Assembly: GCA_963786935.1 (NCBI GenBank)
Contig: CAWBAN010000005.1
Coordinates: 64,001 to 128,000 of the forward strand
Direction of reading: 5' to 3'
Length of the DNA stretch: 64,000 bases
From: an uncultured bacterium
GTDB lineage: Bacteria > Krumholzibacteriota > Krumholzibacteriia > Krumholzibacteriales > Krumholzibacteriaceae
Below are positions 19,558 through 27,708 of the stretch, piece by piece. The notes beneath the pieces were generated by a model. It had not been told where the DNA came from, did no database searches, and was given only the letters and a program-made list of their open reading frames with translations. The position numbers were made by a program, and so were the translations under genes. How positions within the stretch are numbered: the first letter of the stretch is position 1; every line of letters starts with the position of its first letter.

Positions 19558-20178
19558 ATGCCAATCAAGAAGCTCGTCAAGAAGATCGCGAAGAAAATAA
19601 GCGGCAAGAAGGCCGAGAAGAAGCAGCCGCAGAAAGCCGCGCCGAAAAAGGCGGCTCCGAAGGCTCCAAAGAAGCCCGCCGCCAAGAAGCCGCCCAAGAA
19701 GGTCGAAGCGCGCAAGCCCGAGGTGCGCATGCCGGAGCCGCGCGTACCGGAGCAGCGCAGGCCCGAGCCGAAGAAAAACGAGCCGAAGCGCAAGAGACTC
19801 GGCAAGAAAGAGCTCGAGCACTACCGCGAGCGGCTCCTCGTCGAGCGTGGCCGGATTCTCCGCGAGCTCGGCCGGATCACCGAGGCGATCAACGAGTCGT
19901 CCGAGGAGCAGGACGCGGCGAAGCAGTCCTATTCGAACCACCTCGCCGACATCGGCACCGATTACATGGAGAAGGAAAAGAACTACTACTACGCTGATCA
20001 GGAAGGGCAGTACCTCAAGGCGATCGAGGCCGCCCTCGCGCGCATCGAGAGCGGGGAGTACGGGCAGTGCATGGAATGCCTGGACCTCATCTCCGACAAG
20101 CGTCTCGAAGCGGTGCCCGCCGCGGAGCTCTGCATCGCGTGCAAGGACAAGAAGGAAAAGCTCGAGAGGGGACGTTGA
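19558..20178 (+). CDS. TraR/DksA C4 zinc-finger protein with K/A/P-rich N-terminal tail
   Basis: NHLADIGTD; YGQCMEC...RLEAVP...CIAC; AAGGAG RBS. Confidence 0.88.
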   Translation: MPIKKLVKKIAKKISGKKAEKKQPQKAAPKKAAPKAPKKPAAKKPPKKVEARKPEVRMPEPRVPEQRRPEPKKNEPKRKRLGKKELEHYRERLLVERGRILRELGRITEAINESSEEQDAAKQSYSNHLADIGTDYMEKEKNYYYADQEGQYLKAIEAALARIESGEYGQCMECLDLISDKRLEAVPAAELCIACKDKKEKLERGR

Positions 20179-20181
20179 TCG

Positions 20182-20670
20182 GTGCTCTACTTCGCGATCG
20201 CGGCGCTCGTCGTCATCCTCGACCAGGCCTCGAAGCGGGCCATCTGGGAAATCTACCAGTATAGCGGCGGAACCGACGTCATCGACGGCTTCTTCCGCAT
20301 CTCGCTGAGCAAGAACAAGGGGGCCGTCTTCGGCATCCTCTCGGGCGCCGGGGATCTGCTCCTCGTCGTCAGGATCATTTCGATCGCGGTGCTCACCTTC
20401 TTCGCGTACCGGATGCGGTACGCCCCGGCGCATAAGCGCGTGTGCCTCGGCCTCATCCTCGGCGGGGCGTTCGGCAATCTCATCGACCACATCGCGGCGG
20501 GGGAAGTGCTCGATTTCCTCGACGTCGGGATCGGCATGCACCGGTGGCCCACGTTCAACGTCGCCGACATCGCGGTCACGATCGGCGCCTTGCTCCTCAT
20601 CTTCAGCTACGCCCTGCACCCGGATTCCCCGTTGAAGGAAGTTGAGCCGTCCCCGCGGGAGCAGTCTTGA
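20182..20670 (+). CDS. lspA: Lipoprotein signal peptidase II
   Basis: LDQASK, NKGAVFG, GGAFGNLID, FNVAD. Confidence 0.95.
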   Translation: MLYFAIAALVVILDQASKRAIWEIYQYSGGTDVIDGFFRISLSKNKGAVFGILSGAGDLLLVVRIISIAVLTFFAYRMRYAPAHKRVCLGLILGGAFGNLIDHIAAGEVLDFLDVGIGMHRWPTFNVADIAVTIGALLLIFSYALHPDSPLKEVEPSPREQS

Positions 20671-21641
20671 CGGACCGGCAATCGTTCGAATTTCTCGTCG
20701 ACGAAGACGACGCCGGAGGGCGCCTCGACTCCTACCTGAGCGCGCAGATCCCCGCGCTCTCGCGCTCGCGGATTCAAAAGGCGCTCGCGGCCGGCGACGT
20801 GCTCGTCGACGGCGCGCCCGCGTCGAAAGCGGCCCGGAAGGTGCGGCAGGGGGAGCGGATCGAGCTGTCCTTCAGCCCTCCCCGGCCGCTCGAGATCGTT
20901 CCCGAGAACATCCCGCTCGATATCGTGTACGAGGACGAGCATCTCGTCGTCGTGAACAAGGCCCCGGGGATGGTCGTCCATCCGGCGCCCGGCCACGAGA
21001 CGGGTACGCTCGTGCACGCCCTCATGGCCCACTGCACCAATCTCTCCGGCATCGGCGGCGTGCTCCGCCCCGGCATCGTGCACCGCCTCGACGCGGGCAC
21101 CTCGGGGCTCCTCGTCGTCGCGAAGGACGACGAGACGCACATCGCGCTGAGCCGCGCGCTCATGGAGCGCTCCGTGAGCCGTCTCTACTGCGCCCTCGTC
21201 TGGGGGGAAATGCCCCAGCGGACGGGCGTAATCGACATGCCCATCGGGAGATCCCCGTCCGATCGGAAAAAGATGGCGGTGGTCGCCGAGGGGGGCAGGG
21301 AAGCCGTGACGACCTACTATGTTATAGACACGTTCGGACCCTTCCAGTATATTAGGCTCAAGCTCGGAACGGGACGGACGCACCAGATCCGCGTGCACCT
21401 CTCGCGGGTCGCTCATCCCGTTCTCGGCGACCCCGCGTACGGCGGGAGACGCGAACGGCGGGGGGGGCTCTCGGGGAAGGCCGCCGCGACGGCGGACAAG
21501 GCGCTCGCGATGATCGACCGGCAGGCCCTCCATGCGGAGGAGCTCACGTTCGTTCATCCCGCGACGGGGAATCCCATGACGTTCAATGCGCCGCTCCCGG
21601 CCGATTTCCGGGCGGTCCTCGATTTCCTGAAGACGGCGTGA
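20667..21641 (+). CDS. rluD: RluA/RluD family pseudouridine synthase
   Basis: S4-like N-terminus, NKAPGMVVHP, HRLDAGTSG, GRTHQIRVH, GDPAYG. Confidence 0.93.
   Translation: MTDRQSFEFLVDEDDAGGRLDSYLSAQIPALSRSRIQKALAAGDVLVDGAPASKAARKVRQGERIELSFSPPRPLEIVPENIPLDIVYEDEHLVVVNKAPGMVVHPAPGHETGTLVHALMAHCTNLSGIGGVLRPGIVHRLDAGTSGLLVVAKDDETHIALSRALMERSVSRLYCALVWGEMPQRTGVIDMPIGRSPSDRKKMAVVAEGGREAVTTYYVIDTFGPFQYIRLKLGTGRTHQIRVHLSRVAHPVLGDPAYGGRRERRGGLSGKAAATADKALAMIDRQALHAEELTFVHPATGNPMTFNAPLPADFRAVLDFLKTA
21325..21353 (+). promoter_or_regulatory. Internal promoter in rluD, probably for the STAS-RsbW genes
   Basis: TAGACA-N17-TATATT in a short AT-rich patch within a GC-rich CDS. Confidence 0.5.
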
Positions 21642-21668
21642 GCGCTGCGCCGTCGGGGAGAGGCGACG

Positions 21669-22013
21669 GTGCGCATCGAATCCCGCGAGAAGAACGGAGT
21701 CGTCATCCTCGATCTGCAGGGAAAGCTCATGGGGGGGCCCGACGCCGAAACCTTCAAGAGCACATTTCATCGGCTCCTCGAGCAGGGCCGCAAGCGCGTC
21801 GTCGTGAACCTGCACGGCGTCGACTGGATCAACAGCACGGGCATGGGCATTCTCATCTCGGGATACACGACGATGCGGCGGGGGGGCGGCGATCTCCGGC
21901 TGCTCCACGTCTCGGACCGGATACGGAGCATTCTCTACGTCACGAAGCTCAACCTGATCTTCAAATGCTTCGAGAACGAAGACGAAGCGGTGGCGAGCTT
22001 CCTGGACGGATGA
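21669..22013 (+). CDS. STAS anti-anti-sigma factor (RsbV/SpoIIAA-like)
   Basis: VDWINSTGMGIL phospho-Ser motif. Confidence 0.9.
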   Translation: MRIESREKNGVVILDLQGKLMGGPDAETFKSTFHRLLEQGRKRVVVNLHGVDWINSTGMGILISGYTTMRRGGGDLRLLHVSDRIRSILYVTKLNLIFKCFENEDEAVASFLDG

Positions 22014-22049
22014 TTCGAAGGCAATTCCACGAGGAGGCAACGAGCCGCC

Positions 22050-22496
22050 ATGGCCGGCACAGTCGTTCTTGAGTTTCCGAGCGATTACAAGTTCCTCAAC
22101 GTCGTCGATCTCGTCTGTAACGAGGTGATCCAGAACCTGTGCATCAAGCACGAGGCCGCCAACGAGATCGCGATATCGGTGATCGAGGCGGTCACGAACG
22201 CCATCGAGCACGGAAACCACGAGTGCTGCGACCAGAACGTCCGGATCCAGTTCGAGTGCAAGGAAGACCGCTTCTGCGTCGAGGTCGAGGACTGCGGCAA
22301 GGGCTTCGATTACCAGTGCTTTCTCCAGAACATCCCCGATCCGACGAACGTGGGGCATCTGCGCGGGAGGGGCATCTATATCATGAAGAACATGATGGAT
22401 TCGCTCGATTTCGAGATGGTGCCCGGCCACGGCATGAAGGTCAGGCTCGAGAAAAAGCTGAAACCGAAGGCCGACGGCGACGTTCAAAAGGATTAG
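22050..22496 (+). CDS. RsbW-like anti-sigma factor/Ser kinase (HATPase_c_2)
   Basis: EAVTNAIEHGN, DCGKGF, GRGIYIM. Confidence 0.9.
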   Translation: MAGTVVLEFPSDYKFLNVVDLVCNEVIQNLCIKHEAANEIAISVIEAVTNAIEHGNHECCDQNVRIQFECKEDRFCVEVEDCGKGFDYQCFLQNIPDPTNVGHLRGRGIYIMKNMMDSLDFEMVPGHGMKVRLEKKLKPKADGDVQKD

Positions 22497-22535
22497 TCGG
22501 GGTCCGCCGCAGCGATATCCAGGCGATTTCCGGAA

Positions 22536-24812
22536 GTGGTTGAAATGGGCGCCTCCTCCTTTCTCGCGAGCTTCTATCTCGTTTGCGGCATCATCATCTT
22601 CTTTCTCGCCGTGATGATCGTGCGGCAATCGTCGAAGAGCACGGCGAGCTGGTTCACGGCGCTCGTGCTCTTCTTCGCGAGCTTCGGACCCATCCTCGGC
22701 GCGGTGAGCTATCTCCTCGCGGCGAATCCCCGCGAAGGCACGCTCCTCTTCAAAAACCTCGTCGAGAGCTTCGACTACGTGTGGGAGTTCTTCTTCCCCT
22801 CGCTCGTGCTCTTCGCACTCGTGTATCCGCGGCGGCACCGCTCGTGGCCGTGGGTTCGCAAGATCGCCTGGATGCTCTTCCTCCCGCACCTGTTCCATCT
22901 CATCCTGCTCATATTCCTCCTGCATCGCGTGAATCCCTCGCGCATGTTCCAGGGGCTCGGCCAGCTCGACGTTCCCTTCGCCGCGGCGAAAGCGCTCCTC
23001 GAGCGATCGGCTGATTTTCTCAACATCTTTTTCTCGCTGCTCTTCAAGGCGCACCAGCAGCTGTTCGCGCTCGTGGACGTCGCGTACGCGGCGTTCGCGA
23101 TGGTGCTCCTCGTGGGCGGCATCCGGTCGGACGTTCCGCCCCGCGTCAAGCGGCAGGTGCGCGTGCTGCTCGTGGGGCTCGGGCTCTGCATCGTCACATT
23201 CGTCTTCGCGGGGCTCGCGCCGGCGCTCGCGGGGGCGGAGGCGCGCGAGGATATCTCGACCGCGCTCATCAACGCGGCGCTCATTATCGGCGGGGGCTCG
23301 ATCGCGTTCGCCATCGTGCGCTACCAGCTCCTCGATATGCGGCTCATCGCGCGGCGCGGCATCCTCTACGTCGCGGCGGCCGCCGTGTTCGCCTCGGTGT
23401 ACCTCCTCATTATCAAAGAGATCACGAGCCTCTTCGGCCGGTTCTCGGGCGGGCGCGTCGAAATCCTCGAGACGGGCTTCATCATCCTCTTCATCATCGC
23501 GTTTCAGCCGGTGCTCGGGCGGATCGAGGAATGGTCCGAGCGATTCCTCGTGCGCGAGCAGCACAGCCCGCGCGCCCGCATCCGCGCGCTGAGCGGCGAG
23601 CTCCTCACGATGATCGACATCGCCGCCATCAAGGAGCGCCTCGGCGCCGTGCTCGCCGACGTGTTCGAGGCGAAGGACGCGCGGCTCGTCGTCGCCGAGG
23701 AGGTTCTGAAGGAGAGCGGGGGGGACGCGGACGTCCGCACGGTGTTCGACACGCTCGCCGGCATCGGCGAGCCCGTCACGCGCTCCGATCTTCTCGAATC
23801 GCTCGGATTCCTGAGCGCGCGGAAGAACTACCGGCAGAGCAGGCGGAAGAAACACGCGGACGAGATCGCGGCGACGCTCCCCGCCGGCATGCGGCGGTTC
23901 GCCGGCTGCGATCTCCTCGTGCCGATCACGCACGACGCGGAGTGCGTCGCGGCGATTCTTCTCGGTGCGCGTCCCCAGCAGGATCGCTACAACGCCGAGG
24001 AACGCGCGCTCCTCTCGATGCTTGCCTCGCAGGTCGCGGCCTCTCTCCACAACATCGCGCTCCTCAAGGAAGTGGTCGAGAAGCGGGTCATGGAGGAGGA
24101 GCTCAACATCGCCCGCTCGATCCAGCTCAAGCTGCTTCCGTCCGAACCGCCGGAGCTCGAGCGGTTCGAGGTGGCGGCGCTGAGCGTTTCGAGCAAGCAG
24201 GTCGGCGGCGACTACTACGATTTCCTTCGCCGGGGCCCCTATCTCGCCATCGCCGTCGCGGACGTGTCAGGAAAGGGATTCCCCGCTTCGCTCCTCATGG
24301 CCACGCTGCAGGCGAGCCTCCGATCGAACCTCGACCGGATGGAGTACCCCGTCGAGCTCGTCGGGAAGCTGAACGACATGATGTGCGAGGCGACGACGGA
24401 GGACAAATTCGCCACGCTGTTTTACGGCTGCCTCGACATGGATCGGAACGTTCTCCTGTACACGAACGCCGGGCATGTCTTTCCGACGTTCCTCAGCGCC
24501 GGCGGGCGCGTCGAAACGCTCGATTACAGCGGGCTCATCCTCGGCGTCCTGCCCGGATTCCAGTACGAGCGCTTCGAGCGTACCCTCGAGCCGGGGGACA
24601 CGCTCGTCGTGGTCAGCGACGGCGTGACCGAGGCGACGAACGACGCCGGGGAGTTCTACGGCGAGGAGCGCCTGAGCGCCTTGCTCCCGTCGCTGCACGG
24701 GAGGCGCGCGTGCGACGTGCGCGACGGGATCATCGAGAGCGTCAGGGAGTTCTCCGGCCCGAAGGGCGCCGGGGACGACGTCACGATTCTCGTGCTCCGC
24801 AGGAAGGTGTGA
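22536..24812 (+). CDS. Multi-TM SpoIIE/RsbU-like PP2C phosphatase
   Basis: N-terminal TM helices, GAF-like segment, GGDYYD, DVSGKG, SDGVTE, GDDVT. Confidence 0.9.
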   Translation: MVEMGASSFLASFYLVCGIIIFFLAVMIVRQSSKSTASWFTALVLFFASFGPILGAVSYLLAANPREGTLLFKNLVESFDYVWEFFFPSLVLFALVYPRRHRSWPWVRKIAWMLFLPHLFHLILLIFLLHRVNPSRMFQGLGQLDVPFAAAKALLERSADFLNIFFSLLFKAHQQLFALVDVAYAAFAMVLLVGGIRSDVPPRVKRQVRVLLVGLGLCIVTFVFAGLAPALAGAEAREDISTALINAALIIGGGSIAFAIVRYQLLDMRLIARRGILYVAAAAVFASVYLLIIKEITSLFGRFSGGRVEILETGFIILFIIAFQPVLGRIEEWSERFLVREQHSPRARIRALSGELLTMIDIAAIKERLGAVLADVFEAKDARLVVAEEVLKESGGDADVRTVFDTLAGIGEPVTRSDLLESLGFLSARKNYRQSRRKKHADEIAATLPAGMRRFAGCDLLVPITHDAECVAAILLGARPQQDRYNAEERALLSMLASQVAASLHNIALLKEVVEKRVMEEELNIARSIQLKLLPSEPPELERFEVAALSVSSKQVGGDYYDFLRRGPYLAIAVADVSGKGFPASLLMATLQASLRSNLDRMEYPVELVGKLNDMMCEATTEDKFATLFYGCLDMDRNVLLYTNAGHVFPTFLSAGGRVETLDYSGLILGVLPGFQYERFERTLEPGDTLVVVSDGVTEATNDAGEFYGEERLSALLPSLHGRRACDVRDGIIESVREFSGPKGAGDDVTILVLRRKV

Positions 24813-24816
24813 AGCG

Positions 24817-25260
24817 GTGGCTCGATCGGACCGGAAAACGGCGCGCGTGCTCGCGATCGATCCCGGGACGAAGCGCGTCGGCCTCGCCGTGAGCGATCCG
24901 CTCGGGATGACGGCGCAGGGGATCGACACGTACGTGGAGACGCCGGGAAAGGATCTCCTCGATCATCTCGGCGCGCTCATCGAGCGGTACGGGATCGAGG
25001 CGGTCGTCGTGGGGCTCCCGCTCTCCATGCAGGGGAAGGATATCGAGGGTTCGGTCCGCTCGCGCGCGCTCGCCGAGCGGATCGCCGGCCGCTTCGGCCT
25101 CGCCGTGCGGCTGATGGACGAGCGCATGACGAGCCTCGAGGCCGAGCGGGTGCTGCGGAGCGGCGATCGCGAATTCGTCCGCGGCGACATCGACAAGCTG
25201 TCGGCGATGCTGCTGCTCCAGAGCTATCTCGACGAAACGCCGGAAAGGCCGGAACGATGA
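24817..25260 (+). CDS. ruvX: RuvX/YqgF pre-16S rRNA nuclease
   Basis: LAIDPGTKRVGLAVSD, VGLP, DERMTS. Confidence 0.93.
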   Translation: MARSDRKTARVLAIDPGTKRVGLAVSDPLGMTAQGIDTYVETPGKDLLDHLGALIERYGIEAVVVGLPLSMQGKDIEGSVRSRALAERIAGRFGLAVRLMDERMTSLEAERVLRSGDREFVRGDIDKLSAMLLLQSYLDETPERPER

Positions 25261-26357
25261 CGAGACTCTCGACGATTCTCGCGCTCGTCTTCGCCGTGGG
25301 GCTCATCGCCGCCGTGTACGTCGGCGTTCTCTACTACGGCGAGGACGTCAAGACCGGCACGCCGAAGGTCGAAATCCGCGTCAGCCCCGGCATGTATCTC
25401 GGGGACGTCCAGCGGATGCTCGTCGACGCGAAGGTGCTCAAGCATCCTCATCTCTTCCGGTGGGTCGCCGTTCTCACGGGGAAGGACAAAAAGGTGCAGG
25501 CGGGGCGCTACGTGTTCCTGAACGGCATGAGCATCGACCGGATGCTCGACAAGCTCTCGCGGGCCGAGTTCGAGGTGACGCGTCTCACCGTGCCGGAGGG
25601 CTTCATGATCCGCGAAATCGCCGACGCGGTGCAGCGCGACGTCGAGATCGACTCGGCGCGGTTCGCCGAGACCGTCCGCGATCCCGAGTTCGCGCGGCAG
25701 CTCGGCATCAACGCGCCGACGCTCGAGGGATACCTTTACCCCGACACGTACCTCTTGAGCTGGCCGATCTCGTCGCGCGATCTCGCCCGTCTCATGGTGG
25801 AGCGGTTCCGTGAGGTCTATCGCGAAGAGGTCGCGAAGCGCGCGAACGAGGCGGGGCTTTCGACGAACGAGATCGTCGCGCTCGCATCGATCGTGCAGGC
25901 CGAAGCGCAGAACGAATCGGAGATGCGGCGCATCTCCGCCGTCTATCACAACCGCCTGCGCAAGGGGCTGCGGCTCGAGGCCGACCCGACGGTCGCCTAC
26001 GCCCTCGGCGGCGTGCGCCGCGGGCTCAAGTACAGCGATCTCAAGGTGGATTCGCCGTACAACACCTACCGGAACAAGGGGCTCCCGCCGGGCCCCATCT
26101 GCAGCCCCGGGCTCCCGGCGCTGCTCGCGGCGGTGCGGCCGCTCGAGGGATGCGAGGATCTCTATTTCGTCGCGACGGGGGACGGGAGCCATCTCTTTTC
26201 GAGAACGCACGAGGAGCATCTCAAAGCGAGGCGATACGCGAAACTGCTGCGGGAACAGATCGCGGCCGCGAAGGCGCTTCAGGACACGGTGAAAAATGAA
26301 GAACAGACGAAAAAGCCCGCCCCGGAGCCCGCGAAAGAAACAGGCGCCGGCAGGTAA
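25257..26357 (+). CDS. mltG: Endolytic transglycosylase MltG
   Basis: LEGYLYPDTY, ASIVQAE, LEADPTV, SPYNTY..GLPPGPI. Confidence 0.95.
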   Translation: MTRLSTILALVFAVGLIAAVYVGVLYYGEDVKTGTPKVEIRVSPGMYLGDVQRMLVDAKVLKHPHLFRWVAVLTGKDKKVQAGRYVFLNGMSIDRMLDKLSRAEFEVTRLTVPEGFMIREIADAVQRDVEIDSARFAETVRDPEFARQLGINAPTLEGYLYPDTYLLSWPISSRDLARLMVERFREVYREEVAKRANEAGLSTNEIVALASIVQAEAQNESEMRRISAVYHNRLRKGLRLEADPTVAYALGGVRRGLKYSDLKVDSPYNTYRNKGLPPGPICSPGLPALLAAVRPLEGCEDLYFVATGDGSHLFSRTHEEHLKARRYAKLLREQIAAAKALQDTVKNEEQTKKPAPEPAKETGAGR

Positions 26358-27204
26358 GCTCGCGAAGCTCGAGGGACTCGTCGCGGACTGCGGCGGGGCG
26401 CTCGTCGCCTTCTCGGGGGGCGTCGATTCGACGTTTCTCCTGAGCGTGGCGAAGGACGCGCTCGGCGCGAATCTCCTCGCCGTTACGGTCGTGTTCCCGG
26501 CAGTGCCCGCGGCCGAGGTCCGGCGCGCTCGCGCGCTCGCCCGGTCGCTCAAGGTGCGGCACCTCGTCGTCCGCGCTGACGACGTGGCCGATACGGAGCG
26601 CTTCCGGATGAATCCCCCCGACCGGTGCTATCACTGCAAGACGGCCATTCTATCGAAGCTCTCTTCGATCGCGCAGGCGCTCGGATTTCCCTGCATTCTC
26701 GAGGCGTCGAACGTCGACGACCTCGGGGATTACCGCCCGGGGCACCGGGCGGTGAAGGAGATCGGCGCGCGGAGCCCCCTCATCGAGGCCGGGCTCACGA
26801 AGGCGGATATCCGCGCCCTCTCGAAGGCGCGCGGCCTCCCGACGTGGAACAAGCCGTCCGCGGCATGCCTTGCGTCGAGGATCCCGTATGGCGAGACGAT
26901 CACGAGGGAAAAGCTCGCTCGCATCGAGAAGGGGGAGGCTTATCTCGCGAAGCTCGGCTTCGGGGCCGTTCGCCTGCGCCATCACGGCGACCTCGCGCGG
27001 ATCGAGGTTCCCGCGGGGGAGATTCCACGGCTCGCGAGCGGCGCACTGCGGGGCAGGATCGCCACAAAGCTGAAGGCCCTCGGCTTCCGGTACGTCACCT
27101 TCGACATCGAGGGGTTTCGCTCGGGCAGCATGAACGAGACGCTCCCTGGAGCCGGGAGTAAACGGGCGGCGATCCTGAAACGGGCGGCGCGGAAGCGTTC
27201 TTGA
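26296..27204 (+). CDS. larE: LarE-family ATP-dependent sulfur transferase
   Basis: PP-loop SGGVDS, RCYHCK, DYRPG, CLASRIPYG, GFRSGSMN. Confidence 0.9.
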   Translation: MKNRRKSPPRSPRKKQAPAGKLAKLEGLVADCGGALVAFSGGVDSTFLLSVAKDALGANLLAVTVVFPAVPAAEVRRARALARSLKVRHLVVRADDVADTERFRMNPPDRCYHCKTAILSKLSSIAQALGFPCILEASNVDDLGDYRPGHRAVKEIGARSPLIEAGLTKADIRALSKARGLPTWNKPSAACLASRIPYGETITREKLARIEKGEAYLAKLGFGAVRLRHHGDLARIEVPAGEIPRLASGALRGRIATKLKALGFRYVTFDIEGFRSGSMNETLPGAGSKRAAILKRAARKRS

Positions 27205-27228
27205 CATCGGCCGTTTAATGGCTATCAT
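27201..27228 (+). promoter_or_regulatory. Promoter for the small ORF and tRNA-Val
   Basis: TTGACA-N16-TATCAT. Confidence 0.6.
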
Positions 27229-27272
27229 GGAAGAAGGATCATTTATCGACCCGATAAAGAGAGGACTCTGAA

Positions 27273-27428
27273 ATGCACGCCCTTCGAAAATACCGCCACG
27301 TTTTCATGGTCGCCGGACTCGTCGCGATCGTCGCCGGATACGTGTTCCTCGGCTACGGTTCCATCTCCCTCGCCCCGGTGCTCCTCGTCCTCGGATACTG
27401 CGTCCTCGTACCGATGGCGCTCCTCTAA
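27273..27428 (+). CDS. 51-aa two-TM membrane protein (DUF3098-like), absent from the ORF track
   Basis: MHALRKYRHVFMVAGLVAIVAGYVFLGYGSISLAPVLLVLGYCVLVPMALL; GAGG RBS. Confidence 0.75.
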   Translation: MHALRKYRHVFMVAGLVAIVAGYVFLGYGSISLAPVLLVLGYCVLVPMALL

Positions 27429-27436
27429 GGCCTCGC

Positions 27437-27513
27437 GGGCGAATAGCTCAGTTGGTCAGAGCGCCTGCCTTACAAGCAGGAGGTCGCAGGTTCAAGTCCT
27501 GCTTCGCCCACCA
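27437..27513 (+). tRNA. tRNA-Val (anticodon TAC)
   Basis: Acceptor stem GGGCGAA/TTCGCCC, anticodon arm CCTGC-CTTACAA-GCAGG, T-arm GCAGG-TTCAAGT-CCTGC, encoded CCA. Confidence 0.98.
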
Positions 27514-27708
27514 GATAATTCAAAAACTGCAAGATTTATTGAATCCTCTCTCACGTCCCATTCCGTATTGTTATTGGCAGGCGAGTAAGCCCTTGGTATT
27601 CGCCCCTGTCCCGACTCATTTGCGCTGGACATGAAATGGGAAAGCGACTAATTCTGAAAATCACGGACCGAGAGATACCGGGCTGCGGGGTCATTGAGGA
27701 TTGACGGA

